Origin: Podarcis muralis
Taxonomy: Eukaryota
DNA: 64,000 nucleotides
NCBI RefSeq assembly: GCF_964188315.1
Contig: NC_135669.1
Location: forward strand, 14,136,001-14,200,000
Direction: 5' to 3'
Shown: in pieces, positions 37,101 through 47,193 of the stretch
How the letters are laid out: every line of letters begins with the position of its first letter
Position numbering within the stretch: position 1 is the first letter of the stretch
Notes under the pieces: generated by a model
Databases searched by the model: none
Seen by the model: only the letters and a program-made list of their open reading frames with translations
Told to the model about the DNA's origin: nothing
Position numbers and translations under genes: made by a program

Positions 37101-39170
37101 TCTGATTAGCTAAGCACCCTTGTGATGTGCTGTTCACTGGCCTGATCTGCACAATACAGTGAACCAACTATGGCTTACTGGGCCTATGCAAACGTGGATT
37201 TCCGGAGAGTTGTTCACAAACCCTTTGCTCCTCTCTGTTCTATTTTACTCCTCATGCTTTGCTCAGCCAAACCTTAGCATGTCATCACAGCATGTGCTGT
37301 AAGCCGCCCAGAGTGGCTAGCGAAACCCAGCCAGATGGATGGTGTATAAATAATAAAATTATCATCATCATCATCATCATCATCATCCTCATCATCATCT
37401 ATGGTTGTTGTTGTTTAGTCGTTTAGTCGTGTCCGACTCTTCGTGACCCCATGGACCAGAGCACGCCAGGCACCTCTGTCCTCCACTACCTCCCGCAACC
37501 TCCCGCAGTTTGGTCAAACATCCATGGTTAGGCTTATGGTTAAGCTCTTCCCTTGCTAACCATGAACTGCTGCCAAGAACAAACATAAGCACTGAAAATT
37601 GTCAATTGGGTGTGGGTAGGCCACCCATCAGGGACGTGGGAGGTGCTGTGGGTTAAACCACAGAGTCTAGGACTTGCTGATCAGAAGGTCGGTGGTTCGA
37701 ATCCCCGCGACGGGGTGAGCTCCCTTTGCTTGGTCCCTGCTCCTACCAACCTAGCAGTTCGAAAGCACATCAAAGTGCAAGTAGATAAATAGGTACCGCT
37801 GTGGCGGGAAGGTAAATGGCGTTTCTGTGTGCTGCTCTGGTTCGCCAGAAGCAGCTTAGTCATGCTGGCCACATGACCCGGAAGTTGTACGCCGGCTCCC
37901 TCGGCCAATAAAGCGAGATGAGCGCCACAACCCCATAGTCGGTCACGACTGGACCTAATGGTCAGGGGTCCCTTAGGCCACCCATCCCAGGAAGGCAGAT
38001 TATCTCACAGCATTTCTATCCAAGTCACAGCTCTCTCACACACTCCAAAGGGCCCACAGTACTTGTCAGAATCCAGAAAAACCTATTGCCTGCATCCCGA
38101 AGTCCAGAGAGACTCGTACTCACCCTTCATGTTTTCCAAGCTAGGAGCTGGAACTGGCCGTTTTGGAGGACCCAGAGAAGCCAAGACCGTCTGCAGCCGA
38201 GTGTAAGTCAGAGGTGCCTTGCCGTTGTTCTCAATGATGATTCTGTTGGAAATGATGACAATACATTATCAGGAATGTCCAGCAATGGATATTTTTTTTC
38301 CTTTGGAAGTTGCTTGGAGTTCCTTTTTGTAAAAAAATAAAATAAAAATGACTGATATATACTGTTAATAATAATAATCTCTAAAAAACTTTTATCTGGT
38401 GGATTCCAGAAATGCATGCAAAATTGTCGTGGCCTTTGCTCTTTGTACCCACCTTTCAGTGTCGTACAAAGTGTGGGACACTTTCTGAACAACTTGGACT
38501 CCATGTTCAGCTGCCAACCTCACCACCTCAGCATCACGGCGCCTCGCATAAGGTTCTGTGTCCACTTCAAATGTGAGCAGGGTGACCTTCCACTTCTTAA
38601 ATAGTTCTGGGAATGCCTCTGCAGGACTGCCACGAACTACAAACAGCCTGAGGAGACACCACAACATTTGAGTGCTCAAAAACCAAGAAAGCACCAAAGA
38701 CTAGGTGAGTTTCTGAGGTCAAGACAGATAGTACTAGGATCTGGGAGAGGGACAGTATGGCAAACTGACAGAGAGCACTGTGTGCCAGAATTGTAGTTTT
38801 TGCACCTGCATTCTAGTAGGCCAATTTGACCCCCCCCCCACGCCTCCCCATTTGGCCTCTCCATAGAAAACCATTCAGGTTTGGGGAAAGTGCTGTAGAA
38901 ATGGCCCCTTCAACCTCCCTGGTGTATTTTGAAAACTGGCCCATTCGGTACTTGCCTTGAGTTGAGCTTCTTGAGGCTCTCGTCCAGATCTCGCAGAGAT
39001 TCAACCAGGAATCTCCAGCGGTTAACGCTGACCCGCATATTCTTCGGGAACCAGGGGTCAAGGATAAAGATAGGGTAGACCTCAGCGCTGTCCTTCATAG
39101 CTGCTAGCAAGGCAGGGTTATCATGGAGGCGAAGTGCCTTGCGGAACCAGTGGATCGAAATATTCGTCAT
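25115..39170 (-). CDS. cry5: (6-4) DNA photolyase (cryptochrome/photolyase family, cry5 type), complete, 10 exons, 530 aa
   Basis: Exons 39170-38956, 38647-38453, 38242-38124, 36579-36425, 35354-35214, 33676-33509, 32816-32676, 31548-31397, 30836-30607, 25191-25115. Total 1593 nt. Translation closely follows the Xenopus (6-4) photolyase as I recall it ([82 protein letters not shown]). H354/H358 and W319/W370/W373/W396 fall at the same residue numbers. Introns 1 and 6 are GC-AG. Confidence 0.93.
25463..26086 (+). CDS. CR1 ORF1p C-terminal SGNH/GDSL esterase domain (5'-truncated)
   Basis: [11 protein letters not shown] (block I), VHVGTND (block III), DGLHL (block V). The frame stays open upstream to the G-run at 25453-25465. 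Confidence 0.9.
   Translation, partial: GRPVDQVYEDEEQRQSSGNVQATLEPTAHRRTPTRPKRRRVVVIGDSLLRGTEAVICGPDKMSREVCCLPGAKIQDVTERLQGIIKPTDKYPFLLVHVGTNDTASNSLQKIKRDYEALGRKLKQLNAQIVISSVLPVERRGPGREGKIVEVNNWLRKWCKQERFGFLDHGMQFLEDGLLASDGLHLTTVGRNVFAKNLRNLIRRALN
26092..29013 (+). CDS. CR1 ORF2p: apurinic-like endonuclease + reverse transcriptase, 973 aa, uninterrupted
   Basis: EN motifs GITETWW, GVYYRSP, MGDFN, SDH; RT motifs [29 protein letters not shown]. Confidence 0.96.
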   Translation: MGEGDSAPEGRSLSIDEDDHPNVIDRMEQRACRPSGGRRKSLNKRHGGMINGLQCLYTNAQSMGNKQDELELLVQQTKYDIIGITETWWDKSHDWNVIMEGYNLFQRNRPDKKGGGVALYVRDVYTCEEIQDLEPQSQSESIWVKIKGEKNNSDLIVGVYYRSPSQTEDIDDAFLEQMAKHAKGREIVVMGDFNYPDICWMSNSAKSIRSNRFLTALADNFIVQKVGEATRGTAILDLVLTNVDDLVSGVEVEGSLGASDHALLKFTIQRKGAAKHTRTQFLDFKKADFIKLREVLGEIPWTVILKGKGVQDGWEFVKREIVKAQLQAIPMRRKHGRCLKKPGWLSKELLTELRLKKDVYKKWKRGETTKEEFKQIASTCRHKVRKAKAQNELRLAREVKSNKKGFYGYVRSKRKNKETVGSLRGEDGEMQTGDTERAELLNAFFASVFSDKENNARPEEFGANDSAEETQPRITKEIVQEYLASLDVFKSPGPDELHPRVLKELADVISEPLAVIFENSWRTGEVPADWRRANVVPIFKKGKREDPNNYRPVSLTSIPGKILEQIIKQTVCEHLERNAVITNSQHGFLKNKSCQTNLISFFDRITSLVDEGNAVDVVYLDFSKAFDKVPHDILVKKLVKCGLDYATTQWICNWLTDRTQRVLINGSSSSWRRVTSGVPQGSVLGPVLFNIFINDLDDGLKGILIKFADDTKLGGVANTPEDRITLQNDLDRLENWAKTNKMNFNREKCKVLHLGKKNERHKYKMGDTWLESSTCEKDLGVLVDHKLDMSQQCDAAAKKANAILGLINRSIASRSREVIVPLYSALVRPHLEYCVQFWAPQFKKDTDKLERVQRRATKMVKGLEMMPYEERLRELGMFSLEKRRLRGDMIAMFKYIKGCHIEEGERLFSAAPEKRTRSNGSKLQERRFHLNIRKNFLTVRAVRQWNLLPRSVVESPSLEVFKQRLDNHMSGVL
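29560..30095 (-). mobile_element. Degenerate L2-type LINE 3' fragment
   Basis: Minus strand resembles the L2 ORF2 C-terminal region (TTCAAAGTGCTGGTTTTGACCTATAAAGCC). Confidence 0.6.
30204..30553 (-). mobile_element. Sauria SINE in photolyase intron 9
   Basis: Family sequence; CCTGTA occurs on both flanks. Confidence 0.92.
30607..30836 (-). CDS. cry5: (6-4) photolyase exon 9
   Basis: [41 protein letters not shown]...ETSKK G|GTAAGC. Confidence 0.96.
31397..31548 (-). CDS. cry5: (6-4) photolyase exon 8
   Basis: [50 protein letters not shown]. Confidence 0.97.
31829..32067. mobile_element. hAT-type MITE (same family as 13174)
   Basis: Perfect 8-bp TSD TTCTGGGG (31821-31828, 32068-32075). Confidence 0.88.
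32173..32390. mobile_element. Tc1/mariner-type MITE (family A)
   Basis: TA-CAGTGGTACCTC ... GAGGTACCACTG-TA. Further copies at 36730-36959 (reversed), 46550-46785, 55505-55745 and 62026-62267. Confidence 0.9.
32676..32816 (-). CDS. cry5: (6-4) photolyase exon 7
   Basis: [47 protein letters not shown]. Confidence 0.97.
32994..33372 (+). mobile_element. Sauria SINE, variant subfamily
   Basis: Head GGTCTAAACCACTGAGCCTC and an extra CCATCACGGTGTCCCGTTGC segment. Confidence 0.9.
33509..33676 (-). CDS. cry5: (6-4) photolyase exon 6
   Basis: [56 protein letters not shown]|GCATGT (GC donor); not in the ORF track. Confidence 0.93.
33903..34723 (-). mobile_element. 5'-truncated L1-type LINE with 5' inversion and 16-bp TSD
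   Basis: ATCAGAGAGAGATGTT at 33887-33902 and 34724-34739. The minus strand of ~33903-34345 is an A/C-rich 3' end with AATAAA and an A-rich tail. The plus strand of ~34350-34723 encodes an L1 ORF2-like C-terminal segment ([10 protein letters not shown]...[10 protein letters not shown]). Confidence 0.75.
35214..35354 (-). CDS. cry5: (6-4) photolyase exon 5
   Basis: [47 protein letters not shown]. Confidence 0.96.
36425..36579 (-). CDS. cry5: (6-4) photolyase exon 4
   Basis: [26 protein letters not shown]...[19 protein letters not shown]. Confidence 0.95.
36730..36959. mobile_element. Tc1/mariner-type MITE (family A, opposite orientation)
   Basis: Reverse complement of the 32173-32390 element; TA flanks. 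Confidence 0.9.
37362..37399. repeat. (CAT)n microsatellite
   Basis: Direct inspection. Confidence 0.9.
37401..37520 (-). mobile_element. RTE-BovB LINE 3' end
   Basis: GGTTGTTGTTGTTTAGTCGTTTAGTCGTGTCCGACTCTTCGTGACCCCATGGAC: (CAA)n-type tail and recognisable BovB 3' sequence. Confidence 0.8.
37630..37973 (+). mobile_element. Sauria SINE
   Basis: 13-bp TSD TAGGCCACCCATC (37617-37629, 37974-37986). Confidence 0.92.
38124..38242 (-). CDS. cry5: (6-4) photolyase exon 3
   Basis: [40 protein letters not shown]|GTGAGT; not in the ORF track. Confidence 0.94.
38453..38647 (-). CDS. cry5: (6-4) photolyase exon 2
   Basis: [33 protein letters not shown]...HTLYDTE. Confidence 0.95.
38956..39170 (-). 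CDS. cry5: (6-4) photolyase coding exon 1
   Basis: [19 protein letters not shown]...LKKLNS AG|GCAAGT (GC donor). Confidence 0.94.
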
Positions 39171-39558
39171 TCTGTTGCGTCACCAGCCTGTTTCTCCCCA
39201 CTTTGTATTAGGAGCAGTGTCCAAGCAGGAAAAAGCTAGGTGGGAACAGGGGAATATTCTTACTTGTTCACAAAGACAGTGGTACACAAGCTATCTCATT
39301 TGGCAGAGATGGGGAACCTGTGGTCTTCCAAGTGTTTCTGAGTTACAACTCCAATCATCCCTGACCATTGGCCATGGACCATTGGTGATGCAATATGACC
39401 CAACATCTAGAGGGCCACAAGTTCCCTGTCCTGCCACGAAGGTTGACCTCACTCAACCCCCACTAAATAAACATTTAGGGAAACACGTGGATATAACTTG
39501 TAGACTTTTCAGATGGGCAAACTCAAAGGCACGTACTCTGAGGCACTTAAAGACAATG

Positions 39559-40173
39559 CAGTGGTACCTTGGTTCTCAAATGCCTTGGTACTCAAACAAC
39601 TTGGAACCCAAACACTGCAAACCGGGAAGTAAGTGTTCTGGTTTGCGAACTTTTTTCAGAAGCTGCATGTGCTCTGTTTTGAGTGTTACGCTTCCGATTT
39701 GAGTGCCACACTTCCGTTTTGAGTGTTACACTGAGGTCTGTCTGTTTTTGCTATTTATTTTTTGTGACTCTGTTGTTTTGATTGTGCTCTGATTGATTGA
39801 TTGTGTGACTGTAGTACATTGCTTACTGCTTTCATTTTATGGATCAATGCAGTGGCGTAGCGTGGGGGTGCAGGGGGGGGCCAGCCGCACCGGGCGCAAC
39901 ATCTGGGGTTAGGGCAAATCCACGGGTTAGGGGGCGCAAATTACTTGCCTTGCCCCAGGTGCTGACAACCCACGCTACGCCGCTGGATCAATGGTCTCGT
40001 TAGACAGTAAAATTCCTGTTAAATTGCTGTTTTAGGAGTTGTTTTTAAAAGTCTGGAACGGATTAATCCATTTTGCATTACTTTCTATGGGAAAGCGCAC
40101 CTTGGTTTTGGAAAGCTTTGGTTTTGGAATGGACTTCTGGAACAGATTAAGTTTGAGAACCAAGGTACCACTA
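39559..40173. mobile_element. Tc1/mariner-type MITE carrying a nested hAT MITE
   Basis: TIRs CAGTGGTACCTTGGTTCTCAAA / TTTGAGAACCAAGGTACCACT. Nested element 39850-39985 has TIR CAGTGGCGTAGCGTGG and an 8-bp TSD GATCAATG. Confidence 0.85.
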
Positions 40174-41439
40174 TGGTTAAAAGAGTTCTGAAGCGAGGAA
40201 GCTCCGGGTTCCCATGCTCCATCTCAAATTCTGCCCTCTATTCGCTGTCTGCACTGATGTCAGTCACGATGCAGGTTAACCCAGATCTCTCTTAATTAGG
40301 GTTTCAAACTTGCTACAACCCTGGATTCAAATGAATCCTGGTCAGCACAGGACTCTGGCAAGCATTTGCCCAGGGCGGCTGCCTCACTTTGCCCATGTTC
40401 ACAATCTGGTTGATCAAAGAGTGGATTTTCCCAACCCTTTCAGCCAATGCTTGTGGATGAATTAGCAGGTTTAATCTGTTTGCTGTGAGCACCAAAATAA
40501 GAGGCCAATCAGTATGTCTGATTAACATAAAGTACAAAAGGATGATCTTCCACGTGCAGTAAAAAGATGTGAAAGCTAAGCTTCATCTCCTTCAAGACTA
40601 GACTCCAGTGGGGTTCTCCCCCCCCCAAAAAAATATATATATAAGACAGTGCAATATGTCCACCCAGAGGTATGTGTCAATAGGTTCAATGGGGTTTGCT
40701 CCCAGGTGTATGGGTGTAGAATTACTGCCTTAAAAATGCACTTGAACATATTTTGCACTACTTTGAAATGGGTGAATGTTTTAAATGGAGAAATACAAGA
40801 GCTCCAACTTTAAATGAAGTATAAATTTAAAGCAATGCTGCATGCGAACAATACTTTGCATTGCAAATTAATTGATATGGCTATATTTGAGCTATTTTGA
40901 GTAATATTGGAATACTAATAAATGTTTATTTTAAAAAATACTTCTGCATTGCAGATTCAGGGAGGAAGCCAGTTGAAAACAATCCTTAGGACACTGAAAA
41001 AATAAATAGCAGTATATGCATCGTACACAGTAGCCTCGAAGCTTCAGGTTGTGTGCAGCTGGATTCACAGTTGTAGAGCGCAAATTAATTAACCAAATCT
41101 CAATATTCCAGCAAGCGCCTCTACTGCCACCAGCCTACGGGGAGGCAGTTGTGCATGATCCAGCATGTGCAGGCTCTTGTTTTTGGCAAACCAGTGGCAG
41201 CCCACATTCAGCATGCAAAACCCTCCTTCAGTCTTATGCAAGCATTAACAAAGCAATGCATGCAGCAATGTCAAATGGATCTGCTGCTTACACACCAACA
41301 GCAATTGTGCGTCTAAATCATCTATCTTCCACAAGTTCAAAATCTTGTTTTACACTTGACCCTTGTGCAACAGACCCTCAGAGCTATTCTACACAGGATA
41401 CTTACGAGGATGTAAAATCTTGGTCACTGCCCTGTTTAG

Positions 41440-41625
41440 GTCAAGGAAGGGTCATTGCTCAGTGGTTAAAGCATCGACCTCACAGGCAGAAGGTCCCAGG
41501 TTCAATCCTGGGCATCTCCAGGTAAGGATGGGAGAAAACCCATCTTGAAATCCTGGAGAGCAGCTGCCAGTCCCTGCAAACAGTACTGAGCTAGATGGAC
41601 CAATGTCAATAAGGCAGCTTCCTAG
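41440..41625 (+). mobile_element. tRNA-derived SINE
   Basis: A box TTGCTCAGTGG and B box GGTTCAATCC followed by non-tRNA body; no tRNA 3' stem. Confidence 0.7.
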
Positions 41626-41802
41626 GTCAATATTATCCACAACGACTAGCAGCAAATATCCAGGGCTTTAGACAGAAGTCTTGGAATCTGGACAGGCAAA
41701 GCAATTGCTTTACCCCAGAGCTAAGACTCCCTTTCCTTGTACAACTTCAGACTGTAAGTGTGCGGAGAAATCATTTTAAAATATATTTCTACACATTTAA
41801 TG

Positions 41803-42151
41803 GGACGCGGGTGGCGCTATGGTCTAAACCACAGAGCCTAGGGCTTGCCGATCAGAAGGTCAGCGGTTCGAATCCCCGCAACGGGGTGAGCTCCCGTCGC
41901 TCAGTCCCTGCTCCTGCCAACCTAGCAGTTCGAAAGCACATCAAAGTGCAAGTAGATGAATAGGTACCACTCCAGCGAGAAGGTAAACGGCGTTTCCGTG
42001 TGCTGCTCTGGTTCGCCAGAAGCGGTTTAGTCATGCTGGCCACATGACCTGGAAGCCGTACGCCGGCTCCCTCGGCCAATAAAGCGAGATGAGCGCCGCA
42101 ACCCCAGAGTCGGCCACGACTGGACCTAATGGTCAGGGGTCCCTTTACCTT
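41803..42151 (+). mobile_element. Sauria SINE
   Basis: 13-bp TSD TACACATTTAATG (41790-41802, 42152-42164). Confidence 0.93.
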
Positions 42152-42559
42152 TACACATTTAATGATAAATTCCTGCAAGATAAAAGCATCAGGGAAAGAG
42201 CTGAGCTAGAAACTTTCTTGCTGATGTGCTAGTTTTCTAGTTGAGCTGAGAGGCTCCCCCCCCCCCCCTTAAGAAAGGTTTTGCTGTTGACATCCCTCCG
42301 TCTGGGGAGACAATGGAGGAGTGTGCCTTTCCCGGTGAAGTCAAACTGCTGGAAGATTGCAGCGTCTGCTGTGGGGAACAGCTGCTAAAAGGGGCATTCT
42401 CCATCGGCAGTCGGAAACAGTACAGCACTCAGCTAGCTTATTCCGCAACTGCAACACGTGTCCAACCAGCCTCAGGCTGCCAGCCTATCTCCACTTACCT
42501 GGGAGTAAGACCTATGGAACTCAGTAGGATTCAGAGCTGAGTAGGCATGCAGGGTTAGT

Positions 42560-44750
42560 CCACCTTGATTCTTCGAGGCAGAGGAGAGAAATCATATAAA
42601 GAGCTATTTATAACTTCTTTCTCCACTCTCTGCGACCCCACTTCGGCTCTTGCAAACCGGTTATACTTGCGTAACTTAGTGATGCCCAACCTCACAGCAT
42701 CCGAGAAGTTACACAACTGCGCGCTGTCACTCTGGGGCGTGACTTCCTGCTACTGCAGCCTCGCCCCACCCGCATACTCGATCTCTCTGGATTGGTTTAA
42801 AGAAACGGAGCTCCCGCCCGTTACTCGAGAGTCATCGGGCATGAGTAGTATTCACACGTGCCGTGCAAATCGGGGTTTTGCCCCAGTCCTAGGCAGAGTG
42901 ACGTGACAGTACGTCCCACTGAGTTCAATGGAGCCTTAGTTCCCGGTAAGCGTGCTCTGGATCGCAGCCTTGGCAGCTTGATCTTAAACTGCTTTACTAG
43001 GAAATATACCATTGCATATACCCAACAGGTTTTTTGTACTTCTGAATCTCCCCTGCAGACTTGCAGCCGCAACGTCTCGTGTGAAAGAGAGCCCGTGTCT
43101 TTTGAATGCAATGAAGGGGGGTTGTGGGGAGAGTTGTAATGACACCCTGGAATAGAATTTACTCTTTTTCCATTTGCTAGACAAAATAGGATTGCCATTT
43201 CTTTTCACCGCTGCAGACACATCGGAGCCGGTCCAATTGGTCTCATTGGCACAAACTTATGATTAAAGATGCATAGCAACCGGTTGCACTTAACCACCGA
43301 ATAAGGGGGCGGAGGGATGCCAGAGGAGCTTTAAAATGCTGCCCCCATAAAGAAGGCGGGGTGAAAGGCGATTGAAATGCATCGCTTTTCAGTTTTGTTT
43401 TGTTCTTCCCCCTCTGGATTTTTTCCTTAAAAAATTTGGACCATATATATATCGCCCCGGAACTTCCAAGAATAGCAAGTAGCATTGGTGTAATCCTATA
43501 CCTGCTAACTCAGAAGTAAGGCTGCAATCCTAACACCATTTGCTGGGGAGAAGACTACACCGAATTCTATAGGGCTTACTTTTGAGTAGGCATTATTAGC
43601 TTTGCCCGCCAAGTCATTGTGTTCAGAGGGGCCGCCTACTTCCAGGAAAATGGGTATACAGAATCGCAACCTTAAGTCCAGCCTCCTGGGCGTGTTTTCT
43701 CGGAAGGAGTTTAACGGAGTTTACTTCCATGTAGGCGTGCGTCTGAGCGCTCCTAGCAGCCTTACGGTTATTTCTTTTTCTTTTGGGCTGCCCGCAGAAA
43801 AGCACCTTTGGAAGTGAGGTGCCGCCGGGGAGCGATCCAGCAAAGGCGCTTTCGAGTCATCTGAAGAACTTGCAAAGCGCCACAAGATCCTCCTCCTTGC
43901 ACACAAAAAAACCCAAAACAAAGCAGCGTCAGGGGGCACCCGAGAGGCGAAGAGGGAAGTAGCCCCGGCAAGTTCCTCCGGAGGCAGCAGGGACCGATCG
44001 ATCGCGCCCACTTCGGAGGGGATCTGCTTCGCCCGGGCTCCTCGATCGCCAGAAGGAAAGGGAACCGGGCCGAATTGGGACCGTCGCGGCAGGATTTTAC
44101 GCAGCTTCGCTGTGGCCCGAGCTCACTTGCAGAAGGAAAGGTTGGTTAATCCGGCTAGCTGGGATGCTGTGCGCCCTTGCTTGGGAGCATAGGAGCAAAC
44201 TCCATGGGGCAGAGGGGTCTTCGCCCCCCCCCCAAAATAAAATGTTTGAGGGCCCCCTCAAGTTCATTGGCATTCAAATAGTATCCGTGCACCACGTCGA
44301 TTTATGCAGGGTAGGGCTTGCTTAGCGCCCCCCCCCCCAATATTTTATTCAAGTTGGCACCCCTGTTTGCGAGTAAGCCCCATCGAATTTTAGACTGCCC
44401 CTTTTTCCCGTAGTAAACTTGCATAGGGCTCCGGCTGCGGGTCCGTCCTTCCCTTCTCTCTTTCTGATCGCAGTTTCTCGTCGATGCCTCCGGTTTGAGC
44501 AGCGGTTTGAACAGCTACTTCCTAAATAAAGTTGCAAAATACAGGAGGAAGCATTTGCAAGCGCTGCCTTCCGCGCCCAGGCGGGCGAGGAGGACTCCAA
44601 ACCAATTTTGGCCTCTCTTCCTGGCTTGTAGTTTTTTAATTCTTTGTGCCGCGATCGTAGACCGCGCCGTTTAAATGCAGTGGTTTGTAACCAGCGAAGT
44701 TCTGCTCAAACTCGACTCGCTCAGAGCAGACCCACTGAAATCAATGCACC
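42560..44750. promoter_or_regulatory. CpG-rich region, probable divergent promoters of (6-4) photolyase (-) and TIRAP (+)
   Basis: Two CpG-dense blocks (~42560-42920, ~43700-44750) between divergently oriented genes. CACGTG at 42855-42860, TTGCGTAAC at 42667-42675, GTTACACAAC at 42708-42717, TGACGT near 42899, plus CCAAT and GC boxes. Confidence 0.72.
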
Positions 44751-45236
44751 GATATTAGTCGTGTGCATTTACTTAAACGGGTCCACGGTGGGGTGGGGAG
44801 AGAAGCCTGTTCTCTTTTTAGACGGAACAGAAGTAGTTCAGGGTTGAGATAGGATGGTGACACAAGGCAGCCAGATGGGGGTAAATCTGGTTGCAGCACT
44901 TGCTTTTCCCCCATACTGTATAGCAAAACTACTGTTGACTTTAATAATAAAATAACGGATTGCACCAGTTTGGGTACACAGTTCTAAAACTGCACTGCTC
45001 TTAACCCCCCCCCCTCCTAATGCATGCCTTGGAATGCAAACTGATGCACTTCGATGTTAGGTAAGAGTTTTTAAACTTTTCCTTGGAAGCAGATTTATAA
45101 CAGTCATAAAATTAAAATCTTACAACATTGCAATTCTCTGCATCTTTGCCTAAAAGTAGGTCTACCAAGGCTGCATACACACCTTGCATTTAAAACACAT
45201 TATCATTAATTAATTAATTAATTCAATCAATCTGTA

Positions 45237-45669
45237 ATAAAGGTAAAGGGACCCCTGACCATTAGGTCCAGTCGCGGACGACTCTGGGGTTGCAGCGCTC
45301 ATCTCGCTTTATTGGCCGAGGGAGCCGGCGTACAGCTTCCGGGTCATGTGGCCAGCATGACTTTATTGGCTCATCTCGCTTTATTGGCCGAGGGAGCCGG
45401 CGTATAGCTTCCAGGTCATGTGGCCAGCATGACAAAGCTGCTTCTGGCGAACCAGAGCAGCGCACGGAAACGGCGTTTACCTTCCTGCCAGAGCGGTACC
45501 TATTTATCTACTTGCACTTTGACGTGCTTTCGAACTGCTAGGTTGGCAGGAGCAGGGACCGAGCAACGGGAGCTCACCCCGTCACAGGGATTCAAACCAC
45601 CAACCTTCTGATCGGCAAGTCCTAGGCTCTGTGGTTTAACCCACAGCGCCACCCGCATCCCAACCGATT
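45237..45669 (-). mobile_element. Sauria SINE with internal tandem duplication
   Basis: ~65-bp unit duplicated (45297-45361, 45369-45433); TSD CAATCTGTA (45228-45236, 45670-45678). Confidence 0.9.
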
Positions 45670-46549
45670 CAATCTGTATGAATTACATATAAATCACATA
45701 CATAAATTACATACATGACTTCTATTCTGGGAACTGTAGTTTGCTTCGGGTGCTGGAAATTGTATCTTTCTGGGGGTAAACTACATTTCCCAGCATTCTT
45801 TGGGGAAGCCAGGTGTTTTAAATGTATTATGTGTTTGCCACCTGTGAAGACTACACCCAAGTAAGTCCGCTGCATTCAGACTCTGGGCCCCCAACATGTT
45901 GCCCCAGATACCCCTCCCACATTGTTTCTTTCCAAGGACCCCTGGCCCTCTTTTTAAAAAGAAAAGAAGGGGGACTTTTGTCCTTTGGGGTGTCCAGCAT
46001 GCTTTCCCCCTGTGTTTTATTAGTTTGAGAGCACACTGAGGGGCAGGTTTCTGAGCATCATCAATTTTTCGCCTGTGAAATGTTGTTGGGTTTTTTTGTG
46101 GTGTCCAAAAAGGGTGCTCAGATTTTCAAATGTGTCCTTTGATCCAGAAAGACCCCTCAATTAGGTTAGAGTTTAACTGGGTGCTGCCTGGACCAGGCTT
46201 GACAGATGGGTGGGACCACCCACTTGAGGTTATAATGTCGGGCGAACCTCTTTTTGCCCACAAAGTTCTGTCAATCAAAGCAAGGTGCCCAGAGTTGTGC
46301 AAGCCTTGACAATCAGCTGGTTGTCATGTTGAAGTTTGTACCACTAGCTGAGCCGTGCTTTGCAAGCGCTGGCTGTCAGCTGATTGTCACCCTTTCCAAA
46401 GTCCTGTGCTTTGGAGGTGGTGCTGATCAGCTGATTGGTGGTGCTTGCAAACCCTCTTTGGCTCAGCCATGTCTTTACCTGCCGACATCAGCCATCCTAC
46501 GGCACACCTCTTCCCAAATCAGCAACGGGAGCATGCTGGATGCTGAGTG

Positions 46550-47193
46550 CAGTGGTACCTCAGGTTACATACGCTTCAGGTTACATACGCTTCAGGTTAC
46601 AGACTCCGCTAACGCAGAAATATTACCTCAGGTTATGAACTTTGCTTCAGGATAAGCACAGAAATCATGCGGCGCAGCAGCAGCAGGAGGCCCCATTAGC
46701 TAAAGTGGTGCTTCAGGTTAAGAACAGTTTCAGGTTAAGAACAGACCTCCAGAACAAATGAAGTACTTAACCCGAGGTACCACTGTAAACAGGAGTGTGG
46801 GCATGTAGGATTTATTTGTTTGTGAGTTGTTAAGATTTTGGTTTATGATATTTATTTTTTAAATATCAAGCTGCTGTGCTAGTACGGAGAGGTGTGGGGC
46901 TTGTAATTTGCCTTTCCCCCCTGAACCTTTAGACTTTATTGCAGTACAGTGGTACCTCTGGTTGCGAACGGGATCCATTCCAGAGCCCCCGTTTGCAACC
47001 TGCGCATAACTCAACCCATGCATGCGCGGGTTGCAATTTGCTGCTTCTGCACATGCATGTGACCTCATTTTGAGCGTCTGTGCATGCGTGAGCGGTGAAA
47101 GCCGGAAGTAACCCATTCCATTACTTCTGGGTCGCTGCGGGATGCAACCTGAAAATGCTCAACCTGAAGCATCTTTAACCCGAGGTATGACTG
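46550..47193. mobile_element. Two adjacent Tc1/mariner-type MITEs (46550-46785, 46947-47193)
   Basis: CAGTGGTACCTC-type TIRs; TA flanks on three of four ends. Confidence 0.85.

Noticed and set aside
41440-41525. Possible tRNA gene
   Set aside because: A and B boxes are present but there is no cloverleaf or acceptor stem, and it continues into SINE body.
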